A stretch of 64,000 bases of DNA from Bugula neritina (GCA_964035545.1 OZ037766.1:8670722-8734721); one strand, 5' to 3'; positions 37,734 through 51,694 are shown, numbered from the stretch's first letter. Program-made: numbers and translations. The notes: generated from the letters alone by a model not told the origin.

Positions 37734-40166
37734 ATGTCTAGACTCAAAAGATCATACATATGCAGAATATTATTACCACTGGCATTATTCTGGCTAGTCA
37801 TGCTACTGTTTCAGAAGAATTATGTAAGTAATGTTCATTATTTTAACTTATTAATTTCTATGTCCATTTTCAAGCCGCGTTTTAGAAACTCTGTATAATC
37901 ATTGATGTTCTCTAATTGATGTTAATTTTGCTACCAATTACTATTCAATAGACTGATAACTAATAACTATTAAAATAGCTGAAATTTCGAAACATTATTT
38001 TTTGCTTGGATACAGCATTAAACCCTCTTTCAAAGCGATTGTCAGTACCCAACTTTCCCTTTATAATGCATATAAATAATAACACAGCTCATGTATCTTA
38101 CAATTTGCAGGTCAGAAATTATTAATGTAAAACTTGATAACTCTACAAAGCTTCAGTACTCTAGTTTACATTAAGTCAAACAAGCTGCTACCTTTATTGG
38201 TGTAACAGTTTCTATATCATTACATTAGTATAAGCAAAACTTAAACATTGTTACATGTCACATCTACAGTCAATGTATTACATCTGCTGTCAATGTATTA
38301 CATCTGCTGTCAGTGTATTACATCTGCAGTCAGTGTATCACATCTGCAGTCAGTGTATTACATCTGCTGTCAGTGCATTACATCTGCAGTCAGTGTATTA
38401 CATCTGCTGTCAGTGTATCACATCTACAGCCAGTGTATTACATCTGCAGCCAGTATATCACATCTGCAGTCAGTGTATTACATCTGCTGTCAGTGTATTA
38501 CATCTGCTGTCAGTGTATTACATCTGCTGTCAGTGTATTACATCTACAGCCAGTGTATTACATCTGCAGCCAGTATATCACATCTGCAGCCAGTATATAA
38601 CATCTGCAGTCAGTGTATTACATCTGCCGTCAGTGTATTACATCTGCAGTCAGTGCATTACATCTGCAGTTGGCCCTTATATAGAAACAATTATGCTATT
38701 GTCCTTACCACTATCCCATGACTTGTCATACATGTATGTGTAAATCATTATTAGTTCCATGGCAAAGTAAAACCTTGTATTATTTTTGGATACTGGTTCA
38801 TTTGCTTTGACATTTTGCTATATACTAGAAGTTTGAGAGGAATATAGATGAGAGCATCAAGTTGGAAAGGCAGCATTTACAAAAGTTAAACTTTAAAAAC
38901 ACAACTGAAGCCTCTTCATTAAATCTAATGTTTAATATGAAGAGTGTGGGTTCTAACAAAACATCAAAGTATAATGCTGCTCAGGCTATGCTAGAGAGAA
39001 GCAGGACAATTCAAAGGCTTTGCTCTGAAAGACCTTACAACAAATCACCAAGGTTGGCATAATTATGTGAATATTTAGTCTAGAAATTTATTGTTGCTCT
39101 GTTGCATTGAAATCAATAGGAATATGAAAAGTTGTATTATGCTAAACACAAAATCTGAGCTTTAAAGACAAGGTACATATACCAAATTTTATAAAAACTT
39201 CTTCAATATATTGAATCTTCTTGAAAATTAACAATAATTTGTAAATGTTTGAAATAATCTTTTTGCTACAGTTTTAAGTCATTAACTTTGAAACAAGAAG
39301 ACACAATAACTATTTCAAAGAACTCATAAAAGTTGCATCTAATAAATGTAATTCAAGAATAATAATGTTTAGGTTTTCTTATGGGAAAAGCTTAGTTTCA
39401 ATGGAGGGTGAAAGATTGTTGTACTGTCCCATTGCCAAAGCTGGCTGGTCAACATGGAAACGTCTTTTATATCGAGATGCTGGGGTAGAGCACTTAATAG
39501 AAGACTTTGCACAGTAAGAAAGAAAACACATTAAATTACAAAAACTTGCTGTATCGTTTAGTGTTAACATGTAATCAGTGGTAATTCGTTAACATATGAT
39601 TAAGTTCATTCCAATACTTTTCAAGTTTACTTTGATGATAGCTTTTACTTTAATTAGTTTCAAGGTCTATACTACATTTTTCACTCAACTGTATTTAATT
39701 CACTCTATAATGATCTGGTTTTTTATGGTACAGTCTTGGATATGCAAGCGAATGGCACAAGGCAGGGCTAAAGCAAATAAATAATAAAGAAGTAACAACT
39801 AATTTCCAGCATCGGGTAGTTTTTGTTAGGCAAGTGTCATTATCTAACAAACGTATTAAGTGATAAACTATATACATCTAATGAAGATTCTACTGATACT
39901 GAGTTCTGAAAGAAATACTACACGTTGTGGTATTAAGTCATTTTACAACTTAGCATAACTAGGAATACATACCAACTTAACTTTGAATTGATATATATCT
40001 CTATTTACATCATAAACATCATACTATATGGGTGTGAGTACAATTTCTACTTTATGAACAAATATTTCATGTTTTTGCATAATATGAAGCTATAATCAAT
40101 ATCTGTTAGCAGCACATTTTTATTTTTTTACACTAAACAAAATTTTCTTGATAAAACTGATGCCAA

Positions 40167-40250
<84 letters not shown>

Positions 40251-40950
40251 TTAATAGCTTAATATCGATAAAAATGGATGGAAGTGTTCAAAAATTAAGT
40301 TAATAGCTGATATTGTATATTTTCGTAAAATTTCAATAAAAAACCATCATGTACATGTTGTTTTTTGTATTTCCATAATCCATGCTTCATTTAGAAACAA
40401 GCATGTTATCTAGCTACTCATATTTAATGAAGAAACCTGTATTTTATGCAGGAACCCATATGAGAGACTTGTGTCTGCATATACAGACAAAGTGCTCAAG
40501 AATCAGGGAAATTATGTCCGAGTAATGAAAACTCCATGCAGAGTAACCAACCAACCACCAGCACTTGCTCTTACCTTTCGGCAGTTTGTCCAGTGTATAG
40601 TGCAAAATGCCAAAAGACATAGCAAAGACTTGTCTGTATTTGGAGTAGGTGGCTTTTTAGATTTTCATTGGAAACCTCAAACACTTGGCTGTCAGTTTTG
40701 CCAATCAAACTTTAACATCATTGGACATTTAGAACATATGGATGAAGATTTGACTGAAGCATTAAAAGTTCTACACATGAATACAACTCTTGTGAAAGAC
40801 AATGTTTCTAGTACCAATAAGACCAAAGACCTTCCATTATCATACTGGTATAACCAACTTGACTCAGGATTGTTATCAGAAATAACTCAACTTTATAGTC
40901 ATGATTTCAAGCTACTGGGGTATAACCCAGTGACTAGTTTACTGCTATAG
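37734..40950 (+). CDS. Golgi carbohydrate sulfotransferase (Sulfotransfer_2, CHST8-14/HNK-1ST family), copy A, ~349 aa; exons 37734-37823, 38829-39052, 39373-39513, 39734-39829, 40452-40950
   Basis: Type II anchor MSRLKRSYICRILLPLALFWLVMLLFQ; 5'-PSB YCPIAKAGWSTWKR; 3'-PB FVRNPYERLVSAYTDK; HWKPQ...C..C...IGHLE..DED; LYSHDFKLLGY. 1050 nt in frame. Intron 4 needs a GC donor. Confidence 0.88.
38261..38670. repeat. 20-bp minisatellite, ~20.5 copies, in intron 1 of sulfotransferase copy A
   Basis: Unit CATCTGC(A/T)GTCAGTGTATTA. The variant pattern of 38401-38460 recurs 120 bp later at 38521-38580. Confidence 0.97.
40173..40245. repeat. (AT)n microsatellite
   Basis: Directly visible; a similar tract lies at ~54733-54790. 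Confidence 0.95.
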
Positions 40951-41699
40951 TTTTGCTGATGCCTGTATAGGTGCATTATTTGATTTGTATTAGTTTGTAT
41001 ATTAATACTGTAAGTTAGTTATTATATGTAGTCGTTACAGTCATTGTTGGCTGTTACTATGTATATTTATAATCAAGTGCAAAAATAATGAACAAAAATT
41101 CTTCACCTCTTTACGTACTGCATCTCAACAATACGCCACAACAATAACTTTGTGTCAAACATAATGTGTAATTATCAGTTTATTCACACTGAAGTGCATT
41201 ATAGTTAGTTGCTTAGCTTTTATTTTACAATAGCTTTTTCTCTGATAGTGTGAAGTTTAAAAATTTTTTGCCAAACCCAGTTTCAGGAAAAGTGTAGAAC
41301 TGAAAATTTTATTCAGTGAAAAATAAAGTCATGCAGAATATGCATCGATTTAAACGATTATGCGTATTCAGGATAATATTATTACTAATGGTATTCTGGC
41401 CTGTCATGCTACTATTCCAGAGCTTTTATGTAAGTAGTGTTGATTATTTTCTTATATTTGCGTTCATGTTCTAGCTAGATTTTGGAAACTCTGCAAAATA
41501 ATTTTTAAAGTGATGAAAATGTATCTTAATTTTAATTTTGATGATCAATTAACATTATGAAATAATTATTTGTTATCAATTAACATTAGATAGAATGATA
41601 ACTAGTAACATTTTGGATAGCTTAAATATTAAAAAGTCAAAATTTTTTGGGTACAGCATTAAACTCTCTTTCAAAATAGTTTCCAATACTCAAAATGAA

Positions 41700-42187
41700 G
41701 TGCCAAATGGTCAAAAATTCGTCAGGCAGGGTAAACAGGGTAAACTGGGTAGATTGGTATATACTTAAATATTGTGCCGGTACGCAAATATTAGCAAGTC
41801 AGACTAGAGGCACAGTAGTGAATAATGGCGGTATGGAAGTCAATAATGGAGGTGCAAAAGCAAGTATACTGCAAGGGCATGAGAGGCAATAATAGGCACA
41901 AGAGAACGAATAATGATCATGAAAGAGCAACTAATAGAGGTATGACATTACATCATAAAATTATGAGACTGAATAGTGAGTATAGAAGAGAGAGAAATAA
42001 GGGTGTGGAAATGAAGAATAACAGTATGAGACCAAATAATAGACATAAGTGCATGAATAATGAGGGCATGAGAGCAAATTAGAGAGCTGTAAGTGTTTTT
42101 TTGAGCATATAAAAAAGAGTAATGGCTAGATAATTTATTGTGAATATATGAGATGCAAAAATAAGTGAATTTTTGACTATTTGGCCT
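41700..42187. mobile_element. MITE with ~21-bp TIRs and an internal degenerate 21-bp repeat array
   Basis: GTGCCAAATGGTCAAAAATTC ... GAATTTTTGACTATTTGGCCT. It is absent at the homologous position of copy A intron 1. AATAAT-led 21-bp units run from ~41820 to 42080. Confidence 0.75.
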
Positions 42188-42540
42188 CCATATTCTAATG
42201 CATATTATAACCATTAATTTATAGCAAATTGCAGGTTCGAACTTAGAAGTCATGCAAAACTTGATATCAATACACAAGCTTGGGTATTCTGGTTTATATT
42301 GTAACAAACTTAAGTTGCTGTCTTTATTGGTGTAACAATTTTTGAATGATTATATAGTTTTATGAGCAAAGCATTGAGATAAAATAAACAAATAAAGCAA
42401 GAATTATTATATTGTATTAGTTATTTATCAACTGTGCTTATGTAAATACCGATACCATAACTTAAAAAGCCTGTATTACAGCTTATGCTAAACCTGAGTT
42501 GGCTGCTTCTGCATCTAAAATACTGTTTTTCTCCTTAAGT

Positions 42541-43390
42541 TTGGACAATAGTAGTAAATTGAACTAGTCATATATTTATCTGCAGGAGTTGAAATGCACA
42601 GTTATTAGCTTTATGAAGGAATTATAAATACATTATAAACCATTGGTGAGAAAAAATTGCAATTTATGCTGCTCATTATAACATAATGCTTTTACATGAC
42701 CTAATCTCAGAACTTCGAAACATTGTAAGAAGAATATTATGAAGGTATACTGGACTTCATCAGTTAAAAAGAGTGGCTGCAGATTTCAGAGATCCCAGCA
42801 GACCATAGAACTTTCAAGAAATGCTTGCTGAAGGCTTTACCCAATACTTTGCCATCCAAACAGAATGTAATGGGTGTCAACTTGGTTGCATAATATTGTA
42901 GCTATGCATAATAAGCTGGCTGTATGGGAAAAGGTTTTGAATCAATTCATGAGTTTAAATAAATACTTCTGACAAACAACTATTGCTTTACTTATTAGCT
43001 GGTTTAAACCCATGTAGCTATAACAAAATTTAATAAATTTTGTGTTTGAGTGAAGTTAGCAACAAGTATAAAAGTATTCTAACTTTAAACGCTGAAGTAA
43101 TTTCAGCCAATAACTAGTGAAGGAGGTCACCTTTGATAGGCTTTAAAATGACAAAGAAAAGTATAAGCGAAACCAATTTACTTCTTCTAAAAATAATTCC
43201 AACCAAAAAAGTTAATTCTCCACTGAGTATAGGATTGTTGCATGTTAAATTATGACCTTAACTAAATAAGTTAAGATGGCAAGTGAACTACTTTAGGTGA
43301 TCGATGAATACTCTATATAAAACATCTTTGCCTAAAACTGTTAACCCCTGCAGATAAATATACAGATGGTTCAACTACTAATGTTTAATG
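42541..43390. mobile_element. Degraded DNA-transposon-like segment with imperfect inverted ends
   Basis: tatatttatctgcagg(a/g)gtt at 42571-42590 recurs inverted at ~43342-43361, with flanking similarity. Confidence 0.4.
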
Positions 43391-43589
43391 AAATAATTTC
43401 GAAGTTTAGGGGAAAGAACCATAATGTGATGGGTTCATAAGCAGTATTAGCAGCAGTGATAGTTGATTTAACCTCTTTAGTAGTTCCCATGGCAGTTACA
43501 AACAGAAAGTTTGTAATACTACCCTGTAGCTTGCACCATGTAAATGTTAACAGCGTGTACATTATTCAGGCAATCAGATGCATGTAATA

Positions 43590-43990
43590 GAAGACCATTC
43601 AAAAACCCAGCCAATCAGAGTTCTGTACCAAATTCTTTTACTCATCACCAGCTGGCATATTGGTGAACAATAGTCATTCGTACTAGTATAATAGAGAACA
43701 AATAAAGCTAGCAGTTATGCAACAACTGGCCTGTACTAGGTCAGTTTTGTAGACATACAATTTTTAATTGCATAATTTTATAAATTTTTAATTTAGATGT
43801 TTTGAAAAATAAATCAAAGGGTCATAAATTTAGGATATGAAATAAAGTAATGTACTTAAAAAAAATTGCACAACTACTTTCTAGAAACATGCATTTTGCA
43901 ATTGAACTTGCAGAATTTTAGACAAGTTATAATGGTGGAGATTTGAGTTGGTACAGTTTGCTGATTGGCTGAGTTTTACATGGTCAGGTT
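43590..43990. mobile_element. MITE with ~45-bp imperfect TIRs
   Basis: accattcaaaaacccagccaatcagagttctgtaccaa matches the reverse complement of ttggtacagtttgctgattggctgagttttacatggt. Confidence 0.65.
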
Positions 43991-45513
43991 ACTTCTATAC
44001 TATATATATAAATTAGTTTTTAATCATGGGTATTGTTGGATTAACACTTAGATTAGCTCATTATTTATGATGACAGTGCAGTTTCATATGGCAAAATATG
44101 TGAGCCCCACTCATCAGAACTTGGTGATAGATTCAGATAGCTTTCCTGGCAAAGTAAAACCTTAATACTCTTTAAATTTTTTGCTATATACCAGAACTAT
44201 CAGAGGAGTCAAAATGAGGACATCGAGTTGGAAATGCAGCATTATTTACGAATGTTAAACTCCAAAAGCAGAAATAAAGCCTCTTCATTAAATCTAATGT
44301 TTAATATGAAGAGTGTGGATTCTAACAAAACACCAAAGTATAATGCTACCCAGGCTATGCTAGAGAGAAGCAGGACAATTCAAAGGTTTTGCTCTGAAAG
44401 ACCTTACAACAAACCACCAAGGTTGGCACAATTACTGTGTGTGAATATTTAGTTTAGAAATCTATTGTTATTCTGTTGTATTGAAATTTGTATTTTAACA
44501 AAAATGAAAAATTATATGAAAATATTATATTATATTATATGAAAATAAACGTTATATTCTGCTAAACACAAAATCTAAGTTTTAATTGAAGACAAGGTAC
44601 ATACATGCATACCAAGTTTAATGAAAACTTTTTCTATATTTTGAATCTCCTCGAGAATTAACAATAATTTGTGAAGTTTTGAAATATTATTTTTGCTACA
44701 ATTTTAAGTCGTTAACTTTGAAATCAAAAGGCAATTCCACAATGACTATTTACAAAAAATTCACAAAAGTTGCATCTATTAAATGTAATTTAAGAAGGAT
44801 AATTTTTAGAGTTTCTTATGGGAAAAGTTTAGTTTCAATGAAGGGTGAAAGGTTGTTGTACTGTCCCATTGCAAAGGCTGGCTGGTCAACATGGAAACGT
44901 CTTTTATACCGACATGCTGGGGTAGACCATCTAGTAAAAGACTCTGCACAGTAAGAACAAGCCAACACATAATATAAAATAAACTTGCTGTGTTCTTTAG
45001 TGTTATGTAATCAGTAGCGACTTGTTGAGATATGATTAAGTTTATTCCAATATTTTTCAAGTTTGCTTTGTGCACAATTTACATAAACTGTATTATTAAT
45101 CATGTTTTGCTGTTCAATTGATACATGAGGCATGACAAGCTTTAGACTTCATTTCTATTAATTGATATTTACTTTGATGACAGCTTTTACTTTAATTAGT
45201 TTTAACTTTTAAGGTGTATATAAGACATTTTTCCCTCAACTGTATTTTTACTCTGTAATGACCTAATTTTTATGATACAGTCTTGGATATGCGAGCGAAT
45301 GGCACAAGAAGGGCTAAAGCAAATAAATAATACAGAAGTAACAACTAATTTCCAGCATCGGGTAGTTTTTGTTAGGTAAGTGTCATTATTAAATGCTAAA
45401 CTATGCACCTACTTAATAACCTACTGATGCTGAGTTCTAAAAGAAATACTACACTTTATAGTATCAAGTCATTTTATAATTTAGCATAACAAGGAATAAA
45501 TATCAAATTTATG

Positions 45514-48239
45514 CTTTTCACATGTCCTTTGAGGGGCCTTTATAGTTTGAAGTTGTCTCCTCTCACCCGGTTTAAAGGGGGTCTCTATGGTGGATAGAAA
45601 GCACATAAAATCAGTAGAAAGTTGAGGTTTGTTTGAAGACTACTGCTATATAGCATGAGTTTCTTTTTTTGAGATAAATATATTAGCAGTTTCAGAACTT
45701 TTTTAAAAAAGTTTTTTCTTGATAAATTTGAAAAAAAAATTTCAAAGCATTTTTGTGGTTTTGGTTATTGAGCAATGCTAAAGCTGGCAGCTGTCATAGA
45801 TCCCACTAATCATTAATGGTTTTGCTGGTTTTGCTGTTACTTTTAAATCTTAGGATATTAGTAACATGCTCATCATACACAATACAGTGCTGGTTATTGT
45901 ATATAGCTATAATAGTCAGCTTGGTTTCACTAAAATCTAAATGATTCAAATTATGTGTTGGAACACATGCCTGTAGTTTATGAAAGCACTGGTTCAACTG
46001 TATTAGCATGTTCACATACTTACACACTTATACTATATAAAAATAACTAGGCCGTCCTACTATCTTACATTTTTACCAAGAATATTATCACAAATCTAAA
46101 GATAAGTATAAAAATAGATAGAATAAACTTGTAATATCTGATATAAAAATGTCAAACACAGTAGGTATAATATGCTTTAAAAGTATTTGTTTACATGGCA
46201 TGCCTGCAAGTCAATGAAAATATTTAGAGAACAGTAAAAAGAAGTATACAAACTTTGAAATAGTAATTAATCATCTATATTAGTATGTTTAAGTAATTAT
46301 ACTTTGAAGGGTTTTTATGCTACAACATTTTAAATAATTATGAATGCTTTACAGAGTTTCATGCTGCGGCTGAAGATTCTGAAGGCCCATTGTTCTGAAG
46401 GTCCATTGTTCCGAAGGTATTAAGTCAGACGCAGGAATTAGCAGACGCAGGAAAGTTAAGGGCATCCTTACTTATTTTGTTTTTTGCTGTTACGGCATAC
46501 GGTACGGCAAAGTGTGAATAAGGGGTCAGTGATTACTTAGAAAAAAATATCGCATTTTCAGTGTATATATCATAATTTTATAAAAAATCTATAAAAGCTA
46601 CTGCAAAGATAAAAAAATGCACTGCAGACCTTTCTCTGAGATATTTGGAGCAATTGACTAGTCACCGAAAATTACTATCTTTAAAAAGAAGATATTACCA
46701 AGAAAGGCAAAGCCTAGCTTATGCAAAATTTTATGTAATATAAGTTATGTCGTTTAGACCGCATCTTTTCATCCAACATAATTTTGAAATATGTTATCTG
46801 GCCTATACCTCCACCGCATATTTCAAAACAGGTCAAATAGTTTTTGGTGAATAATTTAATTTTGATGCCATTAAACTTGATGCCAACGTATGCATTCGCA
46901 TCTTATGAGAACTTTTGCAGTGTATGTGTTAGAAGGAATGGTGTTTCAGTCTATAAAAATATGCAGCTGCAAAGCTTGATTATCATAAATCAAAATTTTA
47001 TTTTGCATTCAACATGTTCTATAGGTAGAACTGCTGTGGTATATGAAGGAAGTTCGACACCAGACATTGATTTTCCCTACTCCCTTCTATATATGGAAAA
47101 CTGCTAAATGATTATATGTTCACCTATCACAGCTACTCACACTTCCCTTACGTTATTATGATCAGCTTAGCTGTTTATCTATCTGGACAATATATTCCTA
47201 AATTTCAACTCATCACCTACATTGACTGAGGTTATGAGTCTGCTGCAGCTTACAAGGATAACTGCTACAATCCACAGCACAATATTATCAAGAAATACCA
47301 TAAATATAACACATAGAGCTGAATGCTAACAGCTAGGAATAAATAGAAAAGTTGTCTAGGTTTTGAATTAACTTATCTAGATGTGTTTATTTGAGCGCAA
47401 TTGTTACAATTGCAATAAATATGTAGCCTGTTAGCATATTATTAATTACTATTTCGAAATTTATATGATTCTTTTTACTGTTATCTAAATATTTTCATTG
47501 ACTTACAGGCATGCCATGTAAACAAATGCTTTTAAAGCATATAACTGCTGTGTTTGACATTTTTAGATCAGCAAATATTGCTTGATATTACAAATTTAAT
47601 CTATCTGTTTTAATACATATCTTTATATTTGTGATAATATTCTTGGTAAAAATATGAGATAGTGGGACGGCCTAGTTATTTTCATATAGTAAAAGTGTGT
47701 AAGTGTGTGAACATGCTAATACAGATGAACCAGTGCTTTCATAAACTACAGGCATGTGTTCCAACACATAATTTGAATAATTTGGATTTTAGTAAGACAG
47801 AACTGACTATTGTAGCTATACAATAACCAGCACTGTATTGTGTACGATGACCATGTTGTTATGATCTTAAGAGTTGAAAGGCTAACAGCTTTAAACAGAG
47901 TAGTGACAGCCAGCAAAAAGTGACTAGTGGATTTTATGACAGCTGCCAGCTTCAGCATTGCTCAATAACCAAAACTACAAAAATGCTTTGAAGTTTACTT
48001 TTTTCAAATTTATCAAGAAAAGTTTTTTTTAAAAGGCATTCTGAAACTGCTAATATGTGTGCTTATGCCAAAATATTTATCTCAAAAAATGAAACTCGTG
48101 CTAGCAATAGTCTTTACACAAACCTTAACTTTCTACTGATTTTATGTGCTTTCTATCTATTATGGAGACTCCTCTTTAGACCGGGTGGGAGCAGACAACT
48201 TCGAACTATAATTGTCCTTTAAGGGGTATGTGAAAAGGG
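45514..48239. mobile_element. 2.7-kb non-autonomous foldback-type DNA element with ~760-800-bp inverted repeats
   Basis: 45514-~46272 is an imperfect reverse complement of ~47441-48239, checked at both ends and internally. It interrupts intron sequence that is contiguous in copy A (~39970). No transposase ORF in the spacer. Confidence 0.88.
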
Positions 48240-48484
48240 TTTATAAATATATATAGCTCTATTAACATGATAAACGTCATATTATATGTGTGTTCGTATA
48301 ATTTCTACTTTATTTAATGATATTTTATGTTTTAAGCATGATATAAAGTTATCATCACCATATGCGAGCAGCACTCAACAGCAGATGCTTATTTTTTACA
48401 AAAAAAAAACAAAGTTTCCGTGATAAAACTGATGCCAAGTTAATCAAATATATTATTTCATAGCTTAATAGCAATATGGAAGTG

Positions 48485-51400
48485 TGTGATAGCCGTGGGA
48501 CCTACTATGATACCCCCTTCCCTAGTCTGCTCATAGAACCACGCTCATACTTACATAGAAGGAGTTATGTTCTAGCATTACAACGCACATTCATAACCTA
48601 CGATTGTAGTAGCCTGGAAAACTACAACAGTAGTGGCAGCGGTGGAATATAGTGTGCTGAAACAAATGCTACCCAGTTTGGGGAGAGAACAATAAAGCTG
48701 GTAGAAAGGACGTCGGTTTAGAAGACGAACAGCCACTGGAGATTGCTGATGACATGGACTTTACTGGAAATGAGCCAGCAGCTCTCGAGGCTAGACATAA
48801 TCTGATGCTCTCAGATGAGGAGGCTGACAGGGGACCACCTGGTGAGAGGTACCACTTGAAAATCTCTGCAGGTAGAGGTGTTCTGAGTTTCAGATGTTCT
48901 GCCATTACTGGGACTCCTTGCGCATCAACCAGGATAGATTCTTGACCATTACGTTGGCTACCACAGACAAACACCCGAAGCAAGAGCGGGTGATCTGTCC
49001 TTTCACCATCTATCAAGAGTTAATTTGGGACACACACAAACAGGCCGACGCAGAAGTCCAGCGAGTGTTCACAAAATTACAACTCTGATAGTATTGGCCG
49101 AAGATGGGGCGTGATGTGCGGCTCAAAGTGAAACAGTGTCAATTCTGCCAGGCCAGCAAGCATGGCCGACCCCCAGGCAAATCGGGGCAGCGAAGGCTGT
49201 ATGCTGGTCGCCCATGGCAGATGGTGACTGTTGACCTGGTAGGCCCCATTCCCCTGACACCCCTAGGCAACAGCTGGATCTTGGTGCTCACGGACCATCT
49301 TACTCGGTGAGTCGACGCACTGGTTATCTCGCACACGTCGGCTCTAACTGTGGCCTGTGCGCTCGACCAGAATGTATTCTGTTACCTAGGCCTTCCAGAG
49401 CAGATACATTCGAACTAGAATGCCCAATTTCAGTCTCAGCTCATGGGCAACCTCTGTCGACTCTGGGGAGTGAACCAGAGCAGGACCACCCCGTACCATC
49501 CTCAAGGTAACAGGGTTGTTGAGCACAACAACCACACTCTGAGAAATGCGCTCTGGAGCCTGTTCTTCGGCTGCGACCAAGAGGAATAGGATACGATACT
49601 TCCGCAGGTTATGCAGGCCTACCGCAGTATGCCTCACACCAGTACCTTAGAAACTCCCAGCTTCTTGATGCTCGATCAAGAAACCCAAGTCTCCAACCAC
49701 CTGACCTACCACATTCTTGACCACGATAACTCTGTACATGAGTATGTGAGGAGCTGGTAGGACGCATGAGGGCCGCACACGACATGCTTCGAGAGAAGCA
49801 ATGGCAGGTACCGAGCAAGGATTCTGAGGAGCCTTCCCTCTATTAGGTGAGAGACTGGGTCTGAATGGCTAGCTACTGTAGGCGCTGCAGACAGATGGCT
49901 AAGTTACAGCCAAAGTTCGTGGGGCCCTACTTGGTAGTTGAGGCTTTGCCCAACCATACGTACAAGGTCGAACGCTCAGGATAGGTGTCTATCCAGAATG
50001 AGGTTTGCTTGAAGCCATACTGGGCTAGCCCCGATGCGGTATATAAAGTGGCCCCGTTGCTCAAGCCCGGGGGCAGCTACGGCATAGACTCAAGTTCGAA
50101 GTGGTTGTGCGGCAAGACAGGGATCCGTCAAGGGATACGCAGCCACCTCCTCCGCCAGAGAAGAAGCCGCCGCCTCTCGAGCTAGCCTCAGTCTTGCCAC
50201 CCTCTGAGCCCGACTTGGGTCAGGAGGTGGAGACTCCTTTTCTAGAGGCTAGTCTCGACCCCGTTGGCAAGATAGGAACTGATATAGGTCCCCCCGGCGA
50301 CCCTGTCTACGGCTCCAAGGAGCTCAAGGATGGAGTCCCCGCTGTTTCTCGAGAGAAGTCAGCGGCCACGGCAACCCCCGCCATACCTACAAGATTTTGT
50401 ATGCGGCTGCCTACAAAGCCGCAGATCAGCAAGTCATGCGGGACTATTGCGGGGAGTTGTCACGGGCAGCCTGGGAGTTGTGCGCCCAAGGGTGAGAGTG
50501 ACTTTTGCAAAAGCGGAGCTTTGGACGGAATTAATGCGCCAACAGTACAAAGTCTGAGTCACTCACAACAACCACATTGCCTGGCCTTTTCATACGCAGC
50601 TGTAGTTAAGGCCAGACCTGTGCTCTACAAATCACAACACTTCACCTCCAAACATTCAAGTATGTAACCAAATACTGAGTTTAGAGGTAATTCAGTCAGA
50701 TCTAGTATTCCTACCAATATGAAAACGGGTCTGTTATCAGTTCAGTCTGACTCAATTAACTTAGTTGAGTTAGACTTGCTGGAGACTCTGACAACGGGTA
50801 ATGGCAATGAGAACATGGCAATGACAGATGATCTTTTAGATCTTGAACTGGAATCCATGGCTTTCATTCAGTCTACCTCGTTGCCAATTGTCTCGCGAGT
50901 GCACGGCAAAAGAGTTAGTAATCCTCAGACTCTACAAAGTTGAGTTTTACAGGAATTAGAGTATCAAGGTCTCCACGGATCTAACCCTGATTCTACTCTT
51001 TTGAATATCACTCGACCTGCTACTGCGGGTGCCTCCATGTCACCGGAACTTTTTTGAGATAAAGGCCTAGTGCCAGAGGAGCCACACTCTCTCTTCCTCC
51101 TACATCAGAAAGAGACACTACCCGCCCCCCTCCCCTTCATGAGCGATGCTGGGTGGACCTGTAATTGACCTCCAGATAAGAGCCACCTGGGGGAATATCA
51201 ACAATACATCCTTTTGGCTATGCCAAAGAACGTTCAGCTCTGCGTCAACACATCACGGAATGACCAATTCTAGAACCATACCGGTCTGAATGAATCATAA
51301 AGTCAGCGTCTTCTTGTCAACCTCGTTCCACTCACTCAACGCTGCTCTGCCGCGTGGACGCGGACTCATTAACTGTAAACAATGTCATCAATGTGATTAA

Positions 51401-51694
51401 GCAACTGGATAGCTAGTAAATATGCGTGTTGCATGAATAATTAGAAGCACACAACAACCCAGACTTCACTTCGCTATTGGACTTGTTATAAAGCTTACTA
51501 GAAAACCAACCTCTGTTTGTTATCACATTTTACCTTGATGTAGTTACTTTTTTTATTAGTATTATAAATATATTCGTCTCACTACAATCACAAGTGCAGC
51601 TCTCTCTCCAACTTACATGCAAGTAGTTATGTTCTAGCATTACAACGCACATTTATAATAATCCACAATTGTAGTAGTCCAGAAAACTACAGCA
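48485..51694 (+). mobile_element. Internally deleted Ty3/Gypsy LTR retrotransposon retaining an integrase remnant
   Basis: TG...CA ends with a 4-bp TSD AGTG (48481-48484 and 51695-51698; single copy at the empty site in copy A). The LTR 3' parts are shared (48549-48629 versus 51611-51694). PBS TAGTGGCAGCGGTGGAAT at 48631-48648 resembles the complement of a tRNA-Leu 3' end. Integrase motifs YWPKMGRDV...CQFCQ, PWQMVTVDLVGP, TTPYHPQGN and KLQPKFVGPY are broken by stops. Confidence 0.92.

Noticed and set aside
38248-38743. Cys/His-rich ORFs of 95-162 aa in three frames
   Set aside because: Artefacts of a stop-free 20-bp minisatellite inside an intron.
41825-42082. Asn/Arg/Met heptad-repeat ORF
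   Set aside because: It is the internal 21-bp repeat of a TIR-bounded MITE and has no splice context.
50101-50667. Stand-alone 188-aa gene
   Set aside because: It lies inside the Gypsy element downstream of integrase and has no recognisable host domain.
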